NCBI GenBank assembly: GCA_964016885.1
Contig: OZ024740.1
Location: 194,432,001-194,496,000, forward strand
Direction: 5' to 3'
DNA from: Eledone cirrhosa
Taxonomy: Eukaryota
DNA: 64,000 bases
In this document: positions 41,390 through 56,348 of the stretch, in pieces
Numbering within the stretch: position 1 is the first letter of the stretch
How the letters are laid out: each line of letters opens with the position of its first letter
Translations under genes and position numbers: made by a program
The notes under the pieces: model-generated
Seen by the model: only the letters and a program-made list of their open reading frames with translations
Told to the model about the DNA's origin: nothing
Databases searched by the model: none

Positions 41390-41399
41390 GTTGGTGCTG

Positions 41400-43082
41400 A
41401 AAATTTAAAAGAAGAGGAAAAGAAATCACTCACCTCTTCGTTTCCTGGGGACCAGGCTGCACAATTTATATGGGGGTGTTGGGAGGGGTTGTTTGGTGGG
41501 GTGATGGTCTCTGCGGGGTGGGGACGGAGATATTTGGTGGGGAGCGGTGTCAGGATGGGGGTGGTGAAACATTTCAAAAGGACGCGGTTATACGGTTTGA
41601 CGCAGGGGTTACCTACGTCGTTAGGAAATTTTTTCTTTTAACTGTTTATGTGTGTCCATGGAGATCCTACTCATTTTGAGATTAGGGTTCTCCGAAGAGT
41701 GTGTACAGGTTTTCCCTTCGGTCTCCACCGAAGGGTTTTTATATATGGTGTCTGTTAAAGTTTTATTGTTAGTATTTATGTAGGTGTAACATTTTTGTTG
41801 TGTTGTGTTGTTTTTTGTCTGTGGTTCTTGTGTGTGTTTACGTTTTGTAGTAGGTGTTTTGTTTTCAGGTGGGGGTGTTTTTGTTTGTGCTGTTTGCGTC
41901 GCTTGTGTTGGTGAGTGTGTTTGTTGCATTTTTGTTGTGTTATGTCTTTTCTTTTTTCTTATTACTGGTCGGAAAGGCTCTCCCTCATCGTCACTGGGAG
42001 ACGATGATGAGGCCTCATCCGTGTTGTTGGGGAGCTGTTATGTGTGTGGGTGTTTCTGGAGTTGTTTTAGGTGGGGAGGGGTTGGGTTTGACTGTGTTTG
42101 TCGTTTGTTTTGTTGTCACTATTTTTTAATGTTGTTGTTTTTGTGGTGGTGCTGGTGGTGGTGATTGTTGTGCTGGTGTTGTAGGTGTTGGCAGTAATGC
42201 CTTTTTTGGCTAGTTAGCCGAGGATAGGAAGCTCTCAGGTGACCCCTGCTTAGGCAGTGGTAACATGAGGGCCGCCTACCTTCGACGGAAATGTTTATGT
42301 ATATAAGCCCATCCAGCAGCACACGTTCCGGGATCCTAGCTATTCGTTCTGGTGTCATTTGGACCAGAATTTCCAGGCTAGTTCCGCTGAACAGGTCGCC
42401 GGAGGACTAACCTACCGATATTATTGAGTCTTTTTCGAGGTTTAATAATCGACATAGTACCCACAAAATATCAATATTTGGTGTGATACTTTGGATTTTT
42501 ATTTTCTGTTCTTTTCCACATGTAAGTGGGGAGAAAGGTGAACAACGGTGACACAATTGGCGACACAGAATATTTCTGTGCCGCCAGTTGGTCTTTCATC
42601 AGAATGGATAAACTCCCGTAGAGTCTACCCTTCTGAATGAAAGCAATGTCTTTTCAGGCATCTTCTAAAACCAACTCAATTTCGCCTTGTGAAAGTTGAG
42701 TCGGTTTTCGAGTTTTGTTTGAGACTGTCCTGAAAACCAGTTTTCAAAGCAGTTTCTCTTCGCAAATCTGGGGGAGAGTTTATGGACAATGATCCGTCTC
42801 CCCAAAAGTTATGTACTGTCTGGCGTTATTCAAAAGCTCATTTGCATTTGAAATATCTACCGGAGTGTAGCTTACCGTTTTATTTACGGTTTGCGCAAAC
42901 GATATTTTGTCGTTTACTTCCTTGTTGCAGTTAGTGGTCTTGTTGTTGTTGTTATTGTTCTTGTTGTTGGTGTTGTTTTCGTTCATAGCATCATTATTGT
43001 TGTTGTTGTTGTTGCTGGTGCCACTGGTTGTGTTGTTTTTTTTGTTCATTGTTTCACACTTTTGGTTTTGGTTTGTTGCCAT
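41400..43082 (-). pseudogene. Tx1-like ORF1 (degenerate)
   Basis: N/T-rich N-terminus with SFAQ motif, then VEGRRPSCYHCLSRGHLRASYP (CCHC knuckle, last Cys lost). Confidence 0.75.
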
Positions 43083-43218
43083 AGCAACGTCAAGTTGTCG
43101 GTCAGCAGGTGGAGAAAATCGTTCCTCTTGCTGACCTTTGTCTTTGAAATCTGCTACTATGACAGTGGTAGGGGGAAGCTGTAAGCATATCTTCCCCTTT
43201 CCTCCTTCGAATGTTGGA

Positions 43219-43334
<116 letters not shown>

Positions 43335-43748
43335 ATAACTGACAGCCCTAGAACATAAGAATAAAAATATTCGTGCATGCATCCATAATTTGATTTTAGA
43401 TTTAAAAATTAAGAGCATTGTGTCAAAAGTTGATCAAATATTTAAAGCATTTCCTACCAGTATTGTCTTTCTTTCCTTCCTCTACTTTCCATTCTAGGCC
43501 TCTATTTCTCCCTCTATCAATCTCTTTCTCAATCTCCATACTTTCGCACACTTTTTAAAATCCATTTTAATACCTCATTGTATTTTTTGCTTACGTAAGC
43601 AATAAATTCTGGTGACTGTCATTAATTTATGTATAACAGTCAATCAATATCATGTGAGAAACGCAAGCTAGCGGGTGATTATGACGGAATGTGTATGTGT
43701 GTTTGCATCTTCTTATTTATACATGTATGTTGTGTGTGTGTGTGTGTG

Positions 43749-43831
<83 letters not shown>

Positions 43832-44990
43832 ATATGGATCTGCGTATGCTTCTTCTTTCCCCTTCCTTTGATTTTCCTTTGTATGAATTAATATGTTAGT
43901 GTAGATATTTTGTCTTTCTTTTCGATTATGTTTTGAAGTGGGGAAGCGTTGTCATGACGCTTATAGAATGCGACCATATAGTGAGGTTCTCTATATATTA
44001 CGTTTCACTTAAATCTTCAACAACACCACTATTACAGCTCTATAGAAATTCTTCTTCCAAATACAATTAATAACCACGTTGAAAATTCTCTTATCGTTCA
44101 AATATCTTGGAAACCTCTTCCCTTTTTAGCGTTCTTTCGGCAAGTAAATAAATAATTGAATCACCGTGGTTAATTAATAATTAGGTTACTTGCAGTTTCA
44201 AACTACAAAAATATCAAGATTCATGTTGAGATCAAACGTATATAGGGAAGTGTATCTAATTGGCTAACTGTAAAACCTTGACATATCTCGAACAGCATCA
44301 GCAATACAAAATAGAATCTTAAGTATCATATAGGAGAAAATGTGAAGGTCTTAGGTAGGCCTCATTGGTTGGTAATGGAGTCACATTCATTCAGATCTAT
44401 TGTTGTAGGTGATATAATTTTGATATTTGTCTCTTCAGTAACAAAGCAGTATCAATAGGAAGTATATGCGCAAGCAGACATTCCCGCTGGCACGATAAAG
44501 CTATTCAAGAACTGTAACAAAGCCAGACCTACAATGTCTAGTATTACAAATATCAGGAGCCACTTTGTTTAGAAGAAAAGGTAAAGATACAAAGTTATTT
44601 CCACAAAGATTGAGGAAGAACAAAGCGTATTGTACTCTATTGACCCAGACAGCCAATTAAATAACTTCTCATTGACTTTCTTGAAATAGCAACAAAACTA
44701 TTCTTAAATCACACAATACTGTCTTAAACAGTAAGATACATCAAAAACTATAGACCCAAATATATCATATTTGAAATTAAGATGCGTTAGTCTTCAATAA
44801 GTTACTTTTAATCGTAGATAGGTGTTATCAGACCTGACCTGCAGCTATACGACAACACAAATAATATCATGGGAATAAAAACGTAATATTACATATAATT
44901 GATCATTAAGTGCAATATACAAATATATATTATTTCTCTCTCTCACACACACTCTCTCTCTCTCTCTCTCCCTCTCTCTCTCTCTCTCCA

Positions 44991-45026
<36 letters not shown>

Positions 45027-45109
45027 ATTCTATCTATATAATTCTACCTATCTCTATCTATCTCTATCTATCTCTATCTCTCACTCTCTTATATATGTAT
45101 ACATATATA

Positions 45110-45164
<55 letters not shown>

Positions 45165-45233
45165 GTATTTATATATATGTATGTATTTATATATATATCT
45201 ACTGTACCGATTGTGCTGTTATTTCTGTTTACC

Positions 45234-45321
<88 letters not shown>

Positions 45322-45594
45322 TCATATGTGCGTATGTATGTAACAATTATTTAGATTCACATTCCTACCCATAATTGACAATAGCCATAAGTATACAACA
45401 CAGATTTTCAAAAGATATATAGGAGTCTTAAAGAGACCTTGACAAAAGCACGATTATTTTAGTAGTCGTTAATGGTCTCCTTCAGCACGATTAGGCAACC
45501 ATCGACAATACACACACACTTATATATATATGTATGTGTGTGTGTGTGTGTGTGCGTGTGTGTGTGTGTGTGTGACAGTAAGAATTGTCACAGT

Positions 45595-46025
45595 CCTTTG
45601 GTTTATGGTTTAAAGCGCTTGGCTGATATCTGGGATATATGGAGTTCGAATCATCATAGCTGACAATGGCAACTCCTTTTCCGTCTTTAAGAGTTTCATC
45701 AAATTGTATAAGCTGTCTTATAGCATGTGCGCATATAAGTACACTAGTCTTTATATTAAATTTATCATCTCAGTGCGTCGTAAAAATCGGAGAGAACGGC
45801 TAATTATACATGATGTTTGTTGACATTTCAGTTAATTTAAACCGCGAAGACTTTGCCACGCTCCCTTGGCTTAATGGTTTATAGCATCTAACTCGTATAA
45901 GGAAGATACGGGATTCGAGTCATCATCACGGCCGATGGCAACATTTTTCCCGTCTTTAAGGATCTTCACACTATTTTATAAGCTATTTTATAGCATCTCC
46001 GCGCATGAGCACAACATTCTTTATA
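45595..46025 (+). mobile_element. Two diverged tandem copies (~270-bp spacing) of a tRNA-like SINE
   Basis: A-box-like tggcttaatgg, B-box-like gttcgaatc; shared 'atggcaac...ccgtctttaag'. Confidence 0.55.
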
Positions 46026-46827
46026 TTATATTATATATGCGTGTGTGTGTGCATGTATGTGTGTGTATGTGTTTGCTTTTGTCTGATAATAAGGAATAGG
46101 GGCGAATATGTATAAGCCATATGGTCGAGTAATGTGAATAGTAATAGGAATGTTAGTAGTCGATAATGTAGTGCTTATACTGATGTTCAGAAGATAGTTG
46201 TTCCATTAAAGATAGTCTATGTTATAGTTATAATGGTAGTAGTTACAGTGATAGAGGTGTCTCTGGCAAAAGTAGTTTTAGTGTTGATAGCAATGCTATT
46301 GTTGGATTTTGACAGTCTGTTGAACAAAGAGAAATAGCTTTGGCTTGAACGTGTGGTGCTTTTATATGTATAAGTCTGAGTGTGTTGTCTTAAAGATCAC
46401 AAGTCTAATTACATCCCAAACAAACTGTCACAACCACTTTAGCAAACATAACAGTTTCAGAGGCAGAACTGATGGGATTATTGCATAGACAAAGAAAGAA
46501 GAAAGCGAAACACTAGTATAATTTAATAAAGTCGACAACTTTCCATCTCAATGTAACAACAAATGTTTTCTCTCTTTCAAGGGAAATGTTGCATGTCATT
46601 GAGGCAACGTCAAGACTAAATTTAAAACAAAGTGCACTTCAACAAAATATATTTCTATGATTTCTTGCATCAAATGCATGTTTATATCAGTAAAATCAAT
46701 AAATAAAAACGAATATATTTTTTTAATATTGTATATTTTTGTATGCGTTTTCTTTCTTTTTAAATATATATAATTTCAGAAAATATAAAGTATAATAAAG
46801 ATTAAGCATTCCCTAAATGTATATGTT

Positions 46828-46974
<147 letters not shown>

Positions 46975-47989
46975 ATGTATATGTGTATATGTGTGTATAT
47001 ATATATATATGTGTATGTATATGTGTATGTATATGTGTATATGTGTATATATATATATGTGTATAAGGTTATGCAAGAAATACTTAGGATTATCCTGAAT
47101 GCAGTAATGGTTTATTACTACACTAGATGGAGTCGACGTACGGTGAGGGGTTACTCAACGAGTTACAAAAGAACAGTTAAAGAAACTTGGTTTCTGATTC
47201 TTCTATATTCTGGAGTGTAGATAAAGAATGATTAATAAAATAGGTAGACATCATAAAACGGTAATTTATTCCAAGTGTTTACAAATGTTTCTTTAGTAGT
47301 TACACAGCCTAGTCATGCTATATGCAAATTGGTAGTTATTTATTTGAAGATACTCAATTTTCAAATGCTGTTCGTACCACCAATTCTCCAGAACGATTGG
47401 CTGGATTATGGTTTCTTTGTATTTCTTAAAGGGAGTAATTGGGGAAGATAGAGTAGAAGAGTAAGAGAGAAAGAAAGGGAGAGGGAGAGAGAGAGAGATA
47501 TGTAGGGGTAGGAGAAATGGGAGAGATTGGGGTGAATAATACAGATAGCTTAATCTAAATGTTGTGATAGGGTCCAACAAGTGGTTTTATTATACTGCTT
47601 ACTCTCAAAGAGACAACTTAGACATTGTGTTGATATTGTCAAGTTTGGGATTATTTATTTCCACAGAGAGCAGGTTAATAGATGTGGAAAAGGAGGGAGA
47701 TAGACAGAGAGCGAGAGAGGGAGAGAGAGAAAGGGAGAGAGAGAAAGAGAGAGGGGAGGACAGAAAAATTTAAGAGAAGGGGAAGGAAAGGCGATATACA
47801 CCGAGTTGATAGTTGTAGTTTGCTGATCGTACTTAAGTATCCATTTATTACGATAAGCAAGGTACTGGTTAGTAGTTTTTTTTTGGGGGGGGGATATAGT
47901 TAGGAAGTAAGTATTGAGTGAAATTAGTTAGCGAGAAAGTGGTGTAGTAGTCTCGGTTTCAAATTATGTTAAGTTACTTTTATAGTGAG

Positions 47990-48672
47990 AAAATTTAGCC
48001 TTCAGTTTGTGCTTGCAGTATAACGATCGTTCGATTCTGTCATTTAGTAAATTGCTTTTAGATTTCAAGATATAAAAAAGTTCAAGGTTGCATAATCTGC
48101 ATATGCACTAGCGCTGGATAATTAATCCCATTTTAGGGTGAACTGCCGGTTGTATTCACGGAGTTGCCAGGTCTTATTAGTGAGTGTAGTTACATAACGG
48201 TATTCAGGATGTTTAATCGAAAATCGATGACGATACCAGCGTGATTTAAAGGAGGTAGTGGTAGACCCGACGTAATACCATTTCTGGTCGTTTGATTCGA
48301 CAGTGCATTGATAAACAATGTTGGACTCCAGGCATTTATTTTTCAATGGGCATCTCTCGGGTAGGTGGCAATTACAGTTTTTGTTATTGGTAACAACTGT
48401 ACCATGGGTAGGTTGGCATAACAGTACAGGTGGGTTGTGTAATACTTATCTCCCATTTGGTGGCTGGGAAGTTGATATTACGTTATGCCCATCTATGTCT
48501 AAAATATTTTGTTTTGTAGTGTTGTTTAATAATCGCTTTAAGTTAAGTTTTTTTTTCTGTGCTTCTAGGTTTGGTGCAATGGAGTATGATAGCTTAACAG
48601 TCTTAGAGTTTAGAATGTTACTGTATTTATGGGAATTAGGGAAATGCTTGTTAATTAACTTAAACAACTCCT
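47990..48672 (-). mobile_element. PLE GIY-YIG 3' fragment
   Basis: NSKTVKLSYS; NCHLPERCPLKNKCLESNIVYQC...YVGSTTTSFKSRW...LKWD. Confidence 0.88.
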
Positions 48673-48776
48673 GACAGAAGAAGCAATGTGGGATAAAGTG
48701 TGCTGCTCCGGGAACCAAACTCGCAACCTCACGATTGCGAATCCAATTATCTAACCACTAAGCTACGCGCCTTCAC
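48673..48776 (-). mobile_element. SINE family A head
   Basis: reverse reads ggcgcgtagcttagtggttagataattggattcgcaatcgtgaggttgcgagtttggttccc. Confidence 0.75.
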
Positions 48777-49589
48777 AAGTACTACGTTAAGAGTATATAT
48801 ATCTCGGCTCCTTAATGAGTAGTCTATTATGTTGTTCGAACAACTGGAACACTCATTGCCGGAGCTGATGCAGCTCCAACAATCACAGAGGAATATATTT
48901 TCTAAAGTGGGGTTTTCGGCTGCAAGGTGAAATTTGAGTGAGGTTCTATTGCTATTTCTAACATGCCACATGACCGCATAGAGTTTCTTTTTGTGAATCC
49001 TTTAAAGTACTTCCATCATAAAACTTTTTAATTTTTTGAAGAAATAACAATGAAACGTAAGCAGCAGAAGATTCGACCTCACAATTTAAAGGTAGAAAGG
49101 TAGAACATTTCACTTGCTCGGCCAGTCATTCTGGATAATATAATCAATAATTTCAATGGCTGCCGCACTTTATTTTCGTGAACTATTCTGTTCGTTTGAG
49201 TTAGCACAATTATAGATTCCCTGGTGGATGAAGCTTCAAAGGCAATAATCTACTACAGTTTAAAATGACTCAATGAAAAAGCATCAGGAACGACACAAAA
49301 AAGAAAAAAAGGACAAAAAGCGAAGAGTATACAGTGAGTAGTATTTGGTTTTACAATGTAACGGGAAAACGAAAAGTTAATTCGACATTTTGGTGGTGGT
49401 CCTTTGACTGGAAAATAAAGAGAAGCCGAGAGAAAAACATTTTCGAAGGAGAAGAGAAATTTACATATTTTCTGTAATGGTTCACATTGCGGAAATGTGG
49501 CAACTTGTGCCTTGGAATTTCAAAAGATTACAGAACTCCCTTCATATTTTTAAATCTAAAGTTTGTATCGAGCTCGGAGGTTCATTAGG

Positions 49590-49815
49590 CCGGTTCATAT
49601 CCAGAGTTCCATGGCGTTAACTGGCTGAGAGTGCAAGACTTCCCATGGATAGGACACCAGTCTATCGCGGACTTAAACCTTCAGCTATTGGTGGTTCTCA
49701 TTTTCAGCTGAGTATGCTGGAACAACGTCAGATAAACTTTTCTTCAAGAACACAACACACAACCCAGTCCAGGAATCGAACCCTCGACATTATCATTGCC
49801 TAGTTCATGCGCCTT
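49590..49815 (-). mobile_element. Degenerate Meta-like SINE
   Basis: reverse reads ggttcgattcctggactggg..gtgttgtgttcttgaagaaa...gttgttccagcatactcagctgaaaatgag. Confidence 0.65.
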
Positions 49816-50896
49816 ACAGTCTTTATATTTAAGAGACTATTATTATAATCTAGAGGATTCCCCATGGATTCTTGTATAATATATTAATGGCATGACTATG
49901 TTGCTATTATCAATGATCACTGATTCTATAGCTCTTAATGGAGCCTTAATATGGCGTCTTAACATTTTAAGCCTGGTATCGCCCACCCTTTTCTAGGTTT
50001 AATTATAATCTATTTCTTCCAGAGAGAGATGAGGGACCTGCCTCGGACGGATTTGAACTCAAAGAACAGAAAACAAGACTATCCGACGATCTTATGACTC
50101 CTTTAATTCGCCATGTAAGATGTTAATATATTCTAGATCAAAAAGTAAATCATTCAATATCATATTAATGCAAAATCTGTCTCATTTCGAAATTAAATTA
50201 TTTTAGCACTACTTGATGAAATAAAAACAATCTATTAACATTTCCTGAGAACTAGATTAAAATTCTGTTAAATTATCTATTCTTATTTAAATGTTTGTTA
50301 GGGCAATTTAAACAAACTTGCTTCAACGCTATTGATTCAACCATGGAATATCTACGCAGTCGCTCGACGAGTTTGAAATATTAAATAAATTTATTTCGTT
50401 ATACCCTACAGTCTTAAAATTGGAAGCATAGATTTGATTGCATATTCCTATAAAGATAATATAATAGTGAGGCTGGGGCGTCGTTTATCATAAAATTTCT
50501 CAATCTACAATAATCATAGATAAACAACAATAGTCTTCAACTAAAAAATATCATTTTTATGCATGAAAAGCACTACCAAGGTTGACTAGAAGAGCCTCTT
50601 CAAAATTGTTACTATTTCTAGACGTTCTAACATGTTGATACATTACTATTATCAATTATTACTTATGTTATGATGAATATGGAGTTTTATCTTATATTAT
50701 CATCTATATGTATGCTTGTATATATGCAAATAGAATTATATTAGCCTTAAAGTGAATTAAACGTCTTAAACAGAAAACGGCGTCCTCTTGAATAACACAT
50801 GCGTTCAACTCACAAAGATATTAAACCAGAATTCTATATTAGTGACAAAACAAGGGTAAACATATAGAAAAGATAGATAGATAGATAGATAGATAT

Positions 50897-51130
50897 GTTT
50901 CTTTTATTTGCCACCAGGGCATCAAAAGTGGGACAAGTACAATGGGGGGAGTTTACCAAACAAGGCGTCCTCAATAAGGAGGAGGCAATAACAAAATATA
51001 AAAATAAAATAAAATATAACAAAAAATAAAATTTATAACAAAATCCTCAATAGAGAGGAGGCGCCTTGGGGGGTCGCACCCCCCCCCCCCCCCGAAAAAA
51101 GTGTGCAACAGAGAGGGGGTGCTCCCTCGT
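50897..51130 (-). mobile_element. Tx1-like 3' fragment in (GATA)n
   Basis: 'tttcttttatttgccaccagggc' terminus as at 37318; GATA repeats on both sides. Confidence 0.8.
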
Positions 51131-51653
51131 TATAGATAGATAGATAAATAGATAGATAGATAGATAGAAGAAAGAAAGAGAAAAAGAAAAGAGAAAGAAA
51201 AAATGTTTAAATATGCAATTAGCGAAAAGATGAATGAGAAAAATAACATACTGGCAGGCAAAGTAAGAAATAAATGAAAATAAAGTCGAAACTAAATAGA
51301 AAAAAAAAGCAAGAAAAGGAAAAGAAGAAACAGTTAATTGAGAAAGAAATTATTCCGTAATTGGTGCTTTAAATAAACTTTTTTTCCTCTCTCTCTCTCT
51401 ATCTCTATCTCCGTAACTTAATGATAACGGTCATTTTCTACAGAGACTAAAGCTAAGCTAGCTACTTGTAAATATAATTACCTCAAATATAATTTGAGAT
51501 TAAATGACAAACAGTGTTTTTTTTTATCTTTATTAAAACTTCATCCTTGATCAGTAAGACAATTCCAGGTCGGACATGGTGTTTTTTCTCAATCGACGAG
51601 ACCTTAATTGGGTTATGGATTTGTTTATTTTTAGTCTCAACTTTATTGGTTTG

Positions 51654-51685
<32 letters not shown>

Positions 51686-52391
51686 AATATAAAGTTTTAC
51701 ATATACATAAAGTTATAGATATATATGTTGCAACCGGTCACTTTTAAGCTCTATGAAGAATTAATAAATTAAATAATCAGAGCAATATATCATAAATCAT
51801 GTCTTTAGAATTATTAGATAAAATATAAACCGTTTCTTCTTCCAATTAGCATAATTAACCATATAAAAAATCAATTAGACCAAGCTATAAGAAGAAAGGC
51901 TCTTATGAAGAAATCTTCGATAAATAACCGAAAGTGGCCTCTTCGCGGTGGCCCCAATATAGTATATTTATCCAACATTTCGACAGCATGTGGAAACTGA
52001 CTAAATATATCATCAACCATACACAATTAGGTGTAAAATTAAACTTAGAATAAATGTGTACATACCGTAATTATATCTCTACCATGGTTTCATCCGTATT
52101 TTTAGACATCCAATTAATAGGAATGTCCTGAGTTAGGATTCATCAGGAGACAAACTCAAAATCAGACATCTAGTTTTTCAACCTGATCGCGCCGAAATTA
52201 GATTACAAAATGGCTAAGAATCGCTATGTGGCTGTGGTCAAGCTAGAAAGAATGTGATTGGCTGCTTACGGCGGGTAGGCTTGTTGCTAGAAAGCGCAGC
52301 CAAATATCGCCAAATTTTTATATGGTTAATTATGCTAATTGGAAGAAGAAACGGTATATATTTTATCTAATAGTTCTAAAGACATGATTTA

Positions 52392-52459
<68 letters not shown>

Positions 52460-53134
52460 AAAAAAGATCAAATCGAAAGTGCAACTGGAGTCTTTTTTTT
52501 AAATATATAATTATTTGGTTCCTTTACCAGTTTCGCAGTTCTTCTGCTTTTCAAAAGTAGAATTGAGATGGAGGGTTTGTGGCTTTTCTCAAATCTGGTT
52601 GTTCTTTGAATGTTACTTCTGTTTTATATGGAAAAAAGTGGCTCGAAATGCTAGGATTTTAGAGAAGTAATTTGGTTGTTTGGTGAATAAGTATAATAAA
52701 ATTTGCGCCAGTTAGCGTTACAAAGTTCTTATTATATTTGCCTTCAAAGAAAGGGAGGGGGGGGGGCTCAGGTTGTTTTTTCATATATGAGCGAAGTTTG
52801 GTTGGTTGATGCAGTCACGTGAATAAGCACATCAGCTTTCGCGCCAGTTTGTGTTTGAATTTCTTTTTACTTAAAAAGGGTGGCTCGCGAAGGCTTTTTT
52901 ATATAAATGTAATTTGATTGGTTATAAATGAAATTATGACTCTGACGTGAACAAGTAAATTAAATTTCGTGCCCGTATTTGGGAATTTATTTTGTAGCCT
53001 TTTAGAGAATGTTGTGCCAAACAAAAGATAATGGTCAAGAAAAATGGGATGGGGAGCATTGTTCTGGTTCAGTGAATATGGCTGGTGCGCTGGGGTGTCA
53101 GAATTCAGACTTTCTATTGAAATAAAGAAAGTAG

Positions 53135-53660
53135 AGATATGTATGTTTATTTGTGTGCTTGTGTGTGTGTGTGTAGGAAGATGATTCTATTAGTAGAAAT
53201 GGGAGAGGGGGTTGTGTGTGTGTATGGGTGTTATGAGTGTAAGTGTATGTGTGTGTGTGGGAGTATGGTTAGCATCTTAAGATGGCGAGAATATATATAT
53301 TTTATGTGTCTGTGTGTAGGAAAATGATTATATTAATAGAAATGGGGGCGGAAGTTGTGTGTGTGTGTGTGTGTATGGATGTTATGGGTGTGTATGGGTG
53401 TGTGGGAGTATGGTTAGCATGTTAAGATAGAGAGAATAAATATATTTGTGTGTGTGTTTGTGTGTGTAGGAAAATGATTCCGTTAGTAGAAATGGGGGAG
53501 GGAGTTATGTGTGTGGGGGTGTAGTTAGCATGTTAAGGTGTTAGAGTATTAACGTATGTTAAGGTTTATTTAGTCCTTGTTTTTATTTTCTAAAGTAGAA
53601 GGTGTTATGTATGTGTGTATGTATGTGTCTGTTTGGATGGTTAGCATGTTATGGTGTTGA
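53135..53660. repeat. ~145-bp degenerate tandem repeats inside the PLE 3' UTR
   Basis: 'gtgtaggaaaatgatt...tagaaatggg...ggttagcatgttaag' recurs 3-4 times. Confidence 0.75.
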
Positions 53661-53671
53661 CATAATGTATA

Positions 53672-55620
53672 TTAAACTATATTTAATGCTGGTATATATT
53701 TTTGAATAAACATATTTTCCTTATTTATCCGTATTTGTTCTGTTGTATTGTCAGCGCAAAGATAAAATGGGGAGATTTGGAATTTGGGTGTCTTTTTACT
53801 TGCGCATATGTCTAGATATGCACTTAGTGGTATCTGTCTCGTGGTTGGATCTCGTAATTGTTGGCGATGAACTGTCATTCTGTTTCTGAGTGTGAGTTTA
53901 GTTTGTCCTATATAATCTTCATTGCGTCCTTTAAAATTAATGGCATAAACTAGATTTTTTTATGAGCAAGTGAAGTAATTTTTTACAGCAAAATGTTGTC
54001 CTGATTGAAATGTATACGTGTTGCAATGAGGTGAGTGCAGGTTCCACAATTAGAGCGACCACATTTTTTGACAGTTGGTTGTCGATTTGTGGTAGGTAAT
54101 TTGGCATTGGTGAGTAATGTTTTTAGTGATTTCGGTTGACTTTTGCTTTTGATTATTTTGTGTGCTTCAGGTTTTTTTTTCATTCTTGTGTCTTGTTTCA
54201 ATAGTGGGATGTTCTTGTGAATAGTGTTGTACGCTTCCGTATTTCTTGGGTTGTGTGTTGAGATATATGACAGAATATTTGACGTACCTTGAACTTGTTT
54301 CTGTTTTCGTAATAGATCAATGCCTATTGCTTTAGCCCTTTCTATTCCATTATTTATTAGTAATGTTGGGTACTGTCTCTCGAGTAGAATTTCCTTTAAT
54401 TATTGAAGTCTTTTATTTCGCGTTTCATAATTGGAGACAATTGTGCAAATTATTCTTGCTAGGTTAAAAGGGATGTTCGTCTTCGTGTGCTTTGGATGGT
54501 TGGAGGTGAATAGCAGGTATTGTTTGGAATCTGTTGGTTTGTAGTGTATGTCAGTTTCAATATTTGTGTCTTTTTTTAAGATTAAGATGTCCAGAAATGG
54601 GAGATGAACTTGGCTGTATTCCATTGTGAATTGGATGTGGTTATTGATGCTGTTAATTAAATTTTTGAAATCATTTAGTTGCTTGAGTGTGTGAGACCAA
54701 AGTATAAGACAATCATCCAAGTAGCGTTTCCAATTCTCTGATAAATATTTGTGGAAGTTCAATCCGTATTTTGATTTGGACTGTTCATATATCTGTACTT
54801 CCAAGTATGCCATGACTAAGTTGGCATAAGTTGGAGCGGCTTTTGTACCCATCGCTGTCCCCGATATTTGCTTGTAAGTACTGCCATCGAAATCAAAAAA
54901 GTTGTTCTGTAAGATAAATTTTAATCCCTTGGGTATCTCATTGGGATATTTCTCTAGCCATAATCCTATTGTTTCTAGTCCGTATTGGTGTGGGATCCTT
55001 GTGTAGAGATTCACTACATCGAAAGACACTATTATTGTGTCGTTGTTGACATGTTTGGGGAGGTGTTTAAGAGGTCCAGTCGTCTCTTACAAGGCTTGGT
55101 ATGTGTTTGAGAATTGGTTTTAGTAGTATGTCTATAAAGTTACTTAATCTGTGTGTTTCACATTGTGGGCCCGCTACAATTGGTCTTAATTTAAGGTATG
55201 TGAGGTATTGTGTGTTCATGCAGGTTGAGGTGGATTGTTTACAGGCATCGTTAATTATTTTATACTTGTGGATCTTCGGAAGTCCGTAAAGGTTGCTGGT
55301 TTTGTATTCAAAATGTGTCAAATAATCGCGTTCCGTTTTAGTTAAGTCTTCCTCGTATCGACAAATGAATGTGTTTAATCCGGTCATCGTTTTTGATTGC
55401 TGGTAGATTTTTACTCTTTCATAGTAGTTAGTATCTTGTAAGAGAGAGAACATAGAATGTTTATATCGTTCAGCATCCATAATGACGACAGTACTTCCCT
55501 TGTCCGCTTCCTTAATTATAATGTCCGTATTGTTTTTTAGTTCATGGATAATCTCCCGTTTCCTTTGAGTTGTGTTGGGTTTGATACACGTTGGTGCAGT
55601 CTCCGTTAGACATTTTATTT
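53672..55620 (-). pseudogene. PLE RT-GIY-YIG ORF, disrupted
   Basis: ORF pieces 55067-55480, 54400-55029, 53983-54201 and 53672-53878. Confidence 0.92.
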
Positions 55621-55636
55621 ATGCAGATGTATCTTT

Positions 55637-55720
<84 letters not shown>

Positions 55721-55724
<4 letters not shown>

Positions 55725-55903
55725 AACGATACATCTGCATAAATACAATGTGTAACGGAGACTGCACCAACGTGTATCAAACCCAACACAAGTCAAAGGG
55801 AATGGGAGATTATCCATGAACTAAAAAACAATACGGACATTATAACTAAGCAAGCGGACAAGGGAAGCACTGTCGTCATTATAAATGCTGAACAATATAA
55901 ATA
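55721..55903 (+). repeat. Inverted duplicate of 55458-55640 across (TA)n
   Basis: reverse complement match with scattered mismatches. Confidence 0.9.
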
Positions 55904-55922
55904 TGTGTGTGTGGGGGGGGGG

Positions 55923-55954
<32 letters not shown>

Positions 55955-55975
55955 CGTGCGCGTGTGTGTGTGTGT

Positions 55976-56008
<33 letters not shown>

Positions 56009-56348
56009 TGTATGTGTGTGTGTTAACAGAACTGCCTGCTTATGAAATTAAAAGGCTGATCATTCTATAGACACGTAAACCCATAAAGTAATTCTCAGGG
56101 TTATTTATTATCATACAGTGTATGACAAGGCCGGCCCCTTGAATTACAGGTACAACTCATCTTTACCTGTTTACTGGACTGGAGCAACATGAAATATAAT
56201 GACTTGATGAAGGACATTCTCCTTTTGTTTGTGACCTTTTATATGAAGCGTATTGTATTTTATGGAGCTGGCACCTGGCACCTAATTATAATGATAATGA
56301 TTATTATTATTATTATTTCATTATTATTACTTTTATTGTTATTATTAT

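Larger units (their letters stand above)
38025..43218 (-). mobile_element. Near full-length Tx1/L1-group non-LTR retrotransposon (degenerate)
   Basis: ORF1 with zinc knuckle plus ORF2 APE-RT; 3' end ...gtggctaataatgaaa; (GATA)n on both sides. Confidence 0.92.
52458..55640 (-). mobile_element. Penelope-like retroelement, 5'-truncated (second family)
   Basis: IIIKEADKG, LYGLPKIHK, LRPIVAG, SFDVVNLYT, GTAMGT, WKRYLDD, LPFLD; GIY-YIG LVYAI...YIGQT; 1.2-kb 3' UTR; (TA)n flanks. Confidence 0.95.
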
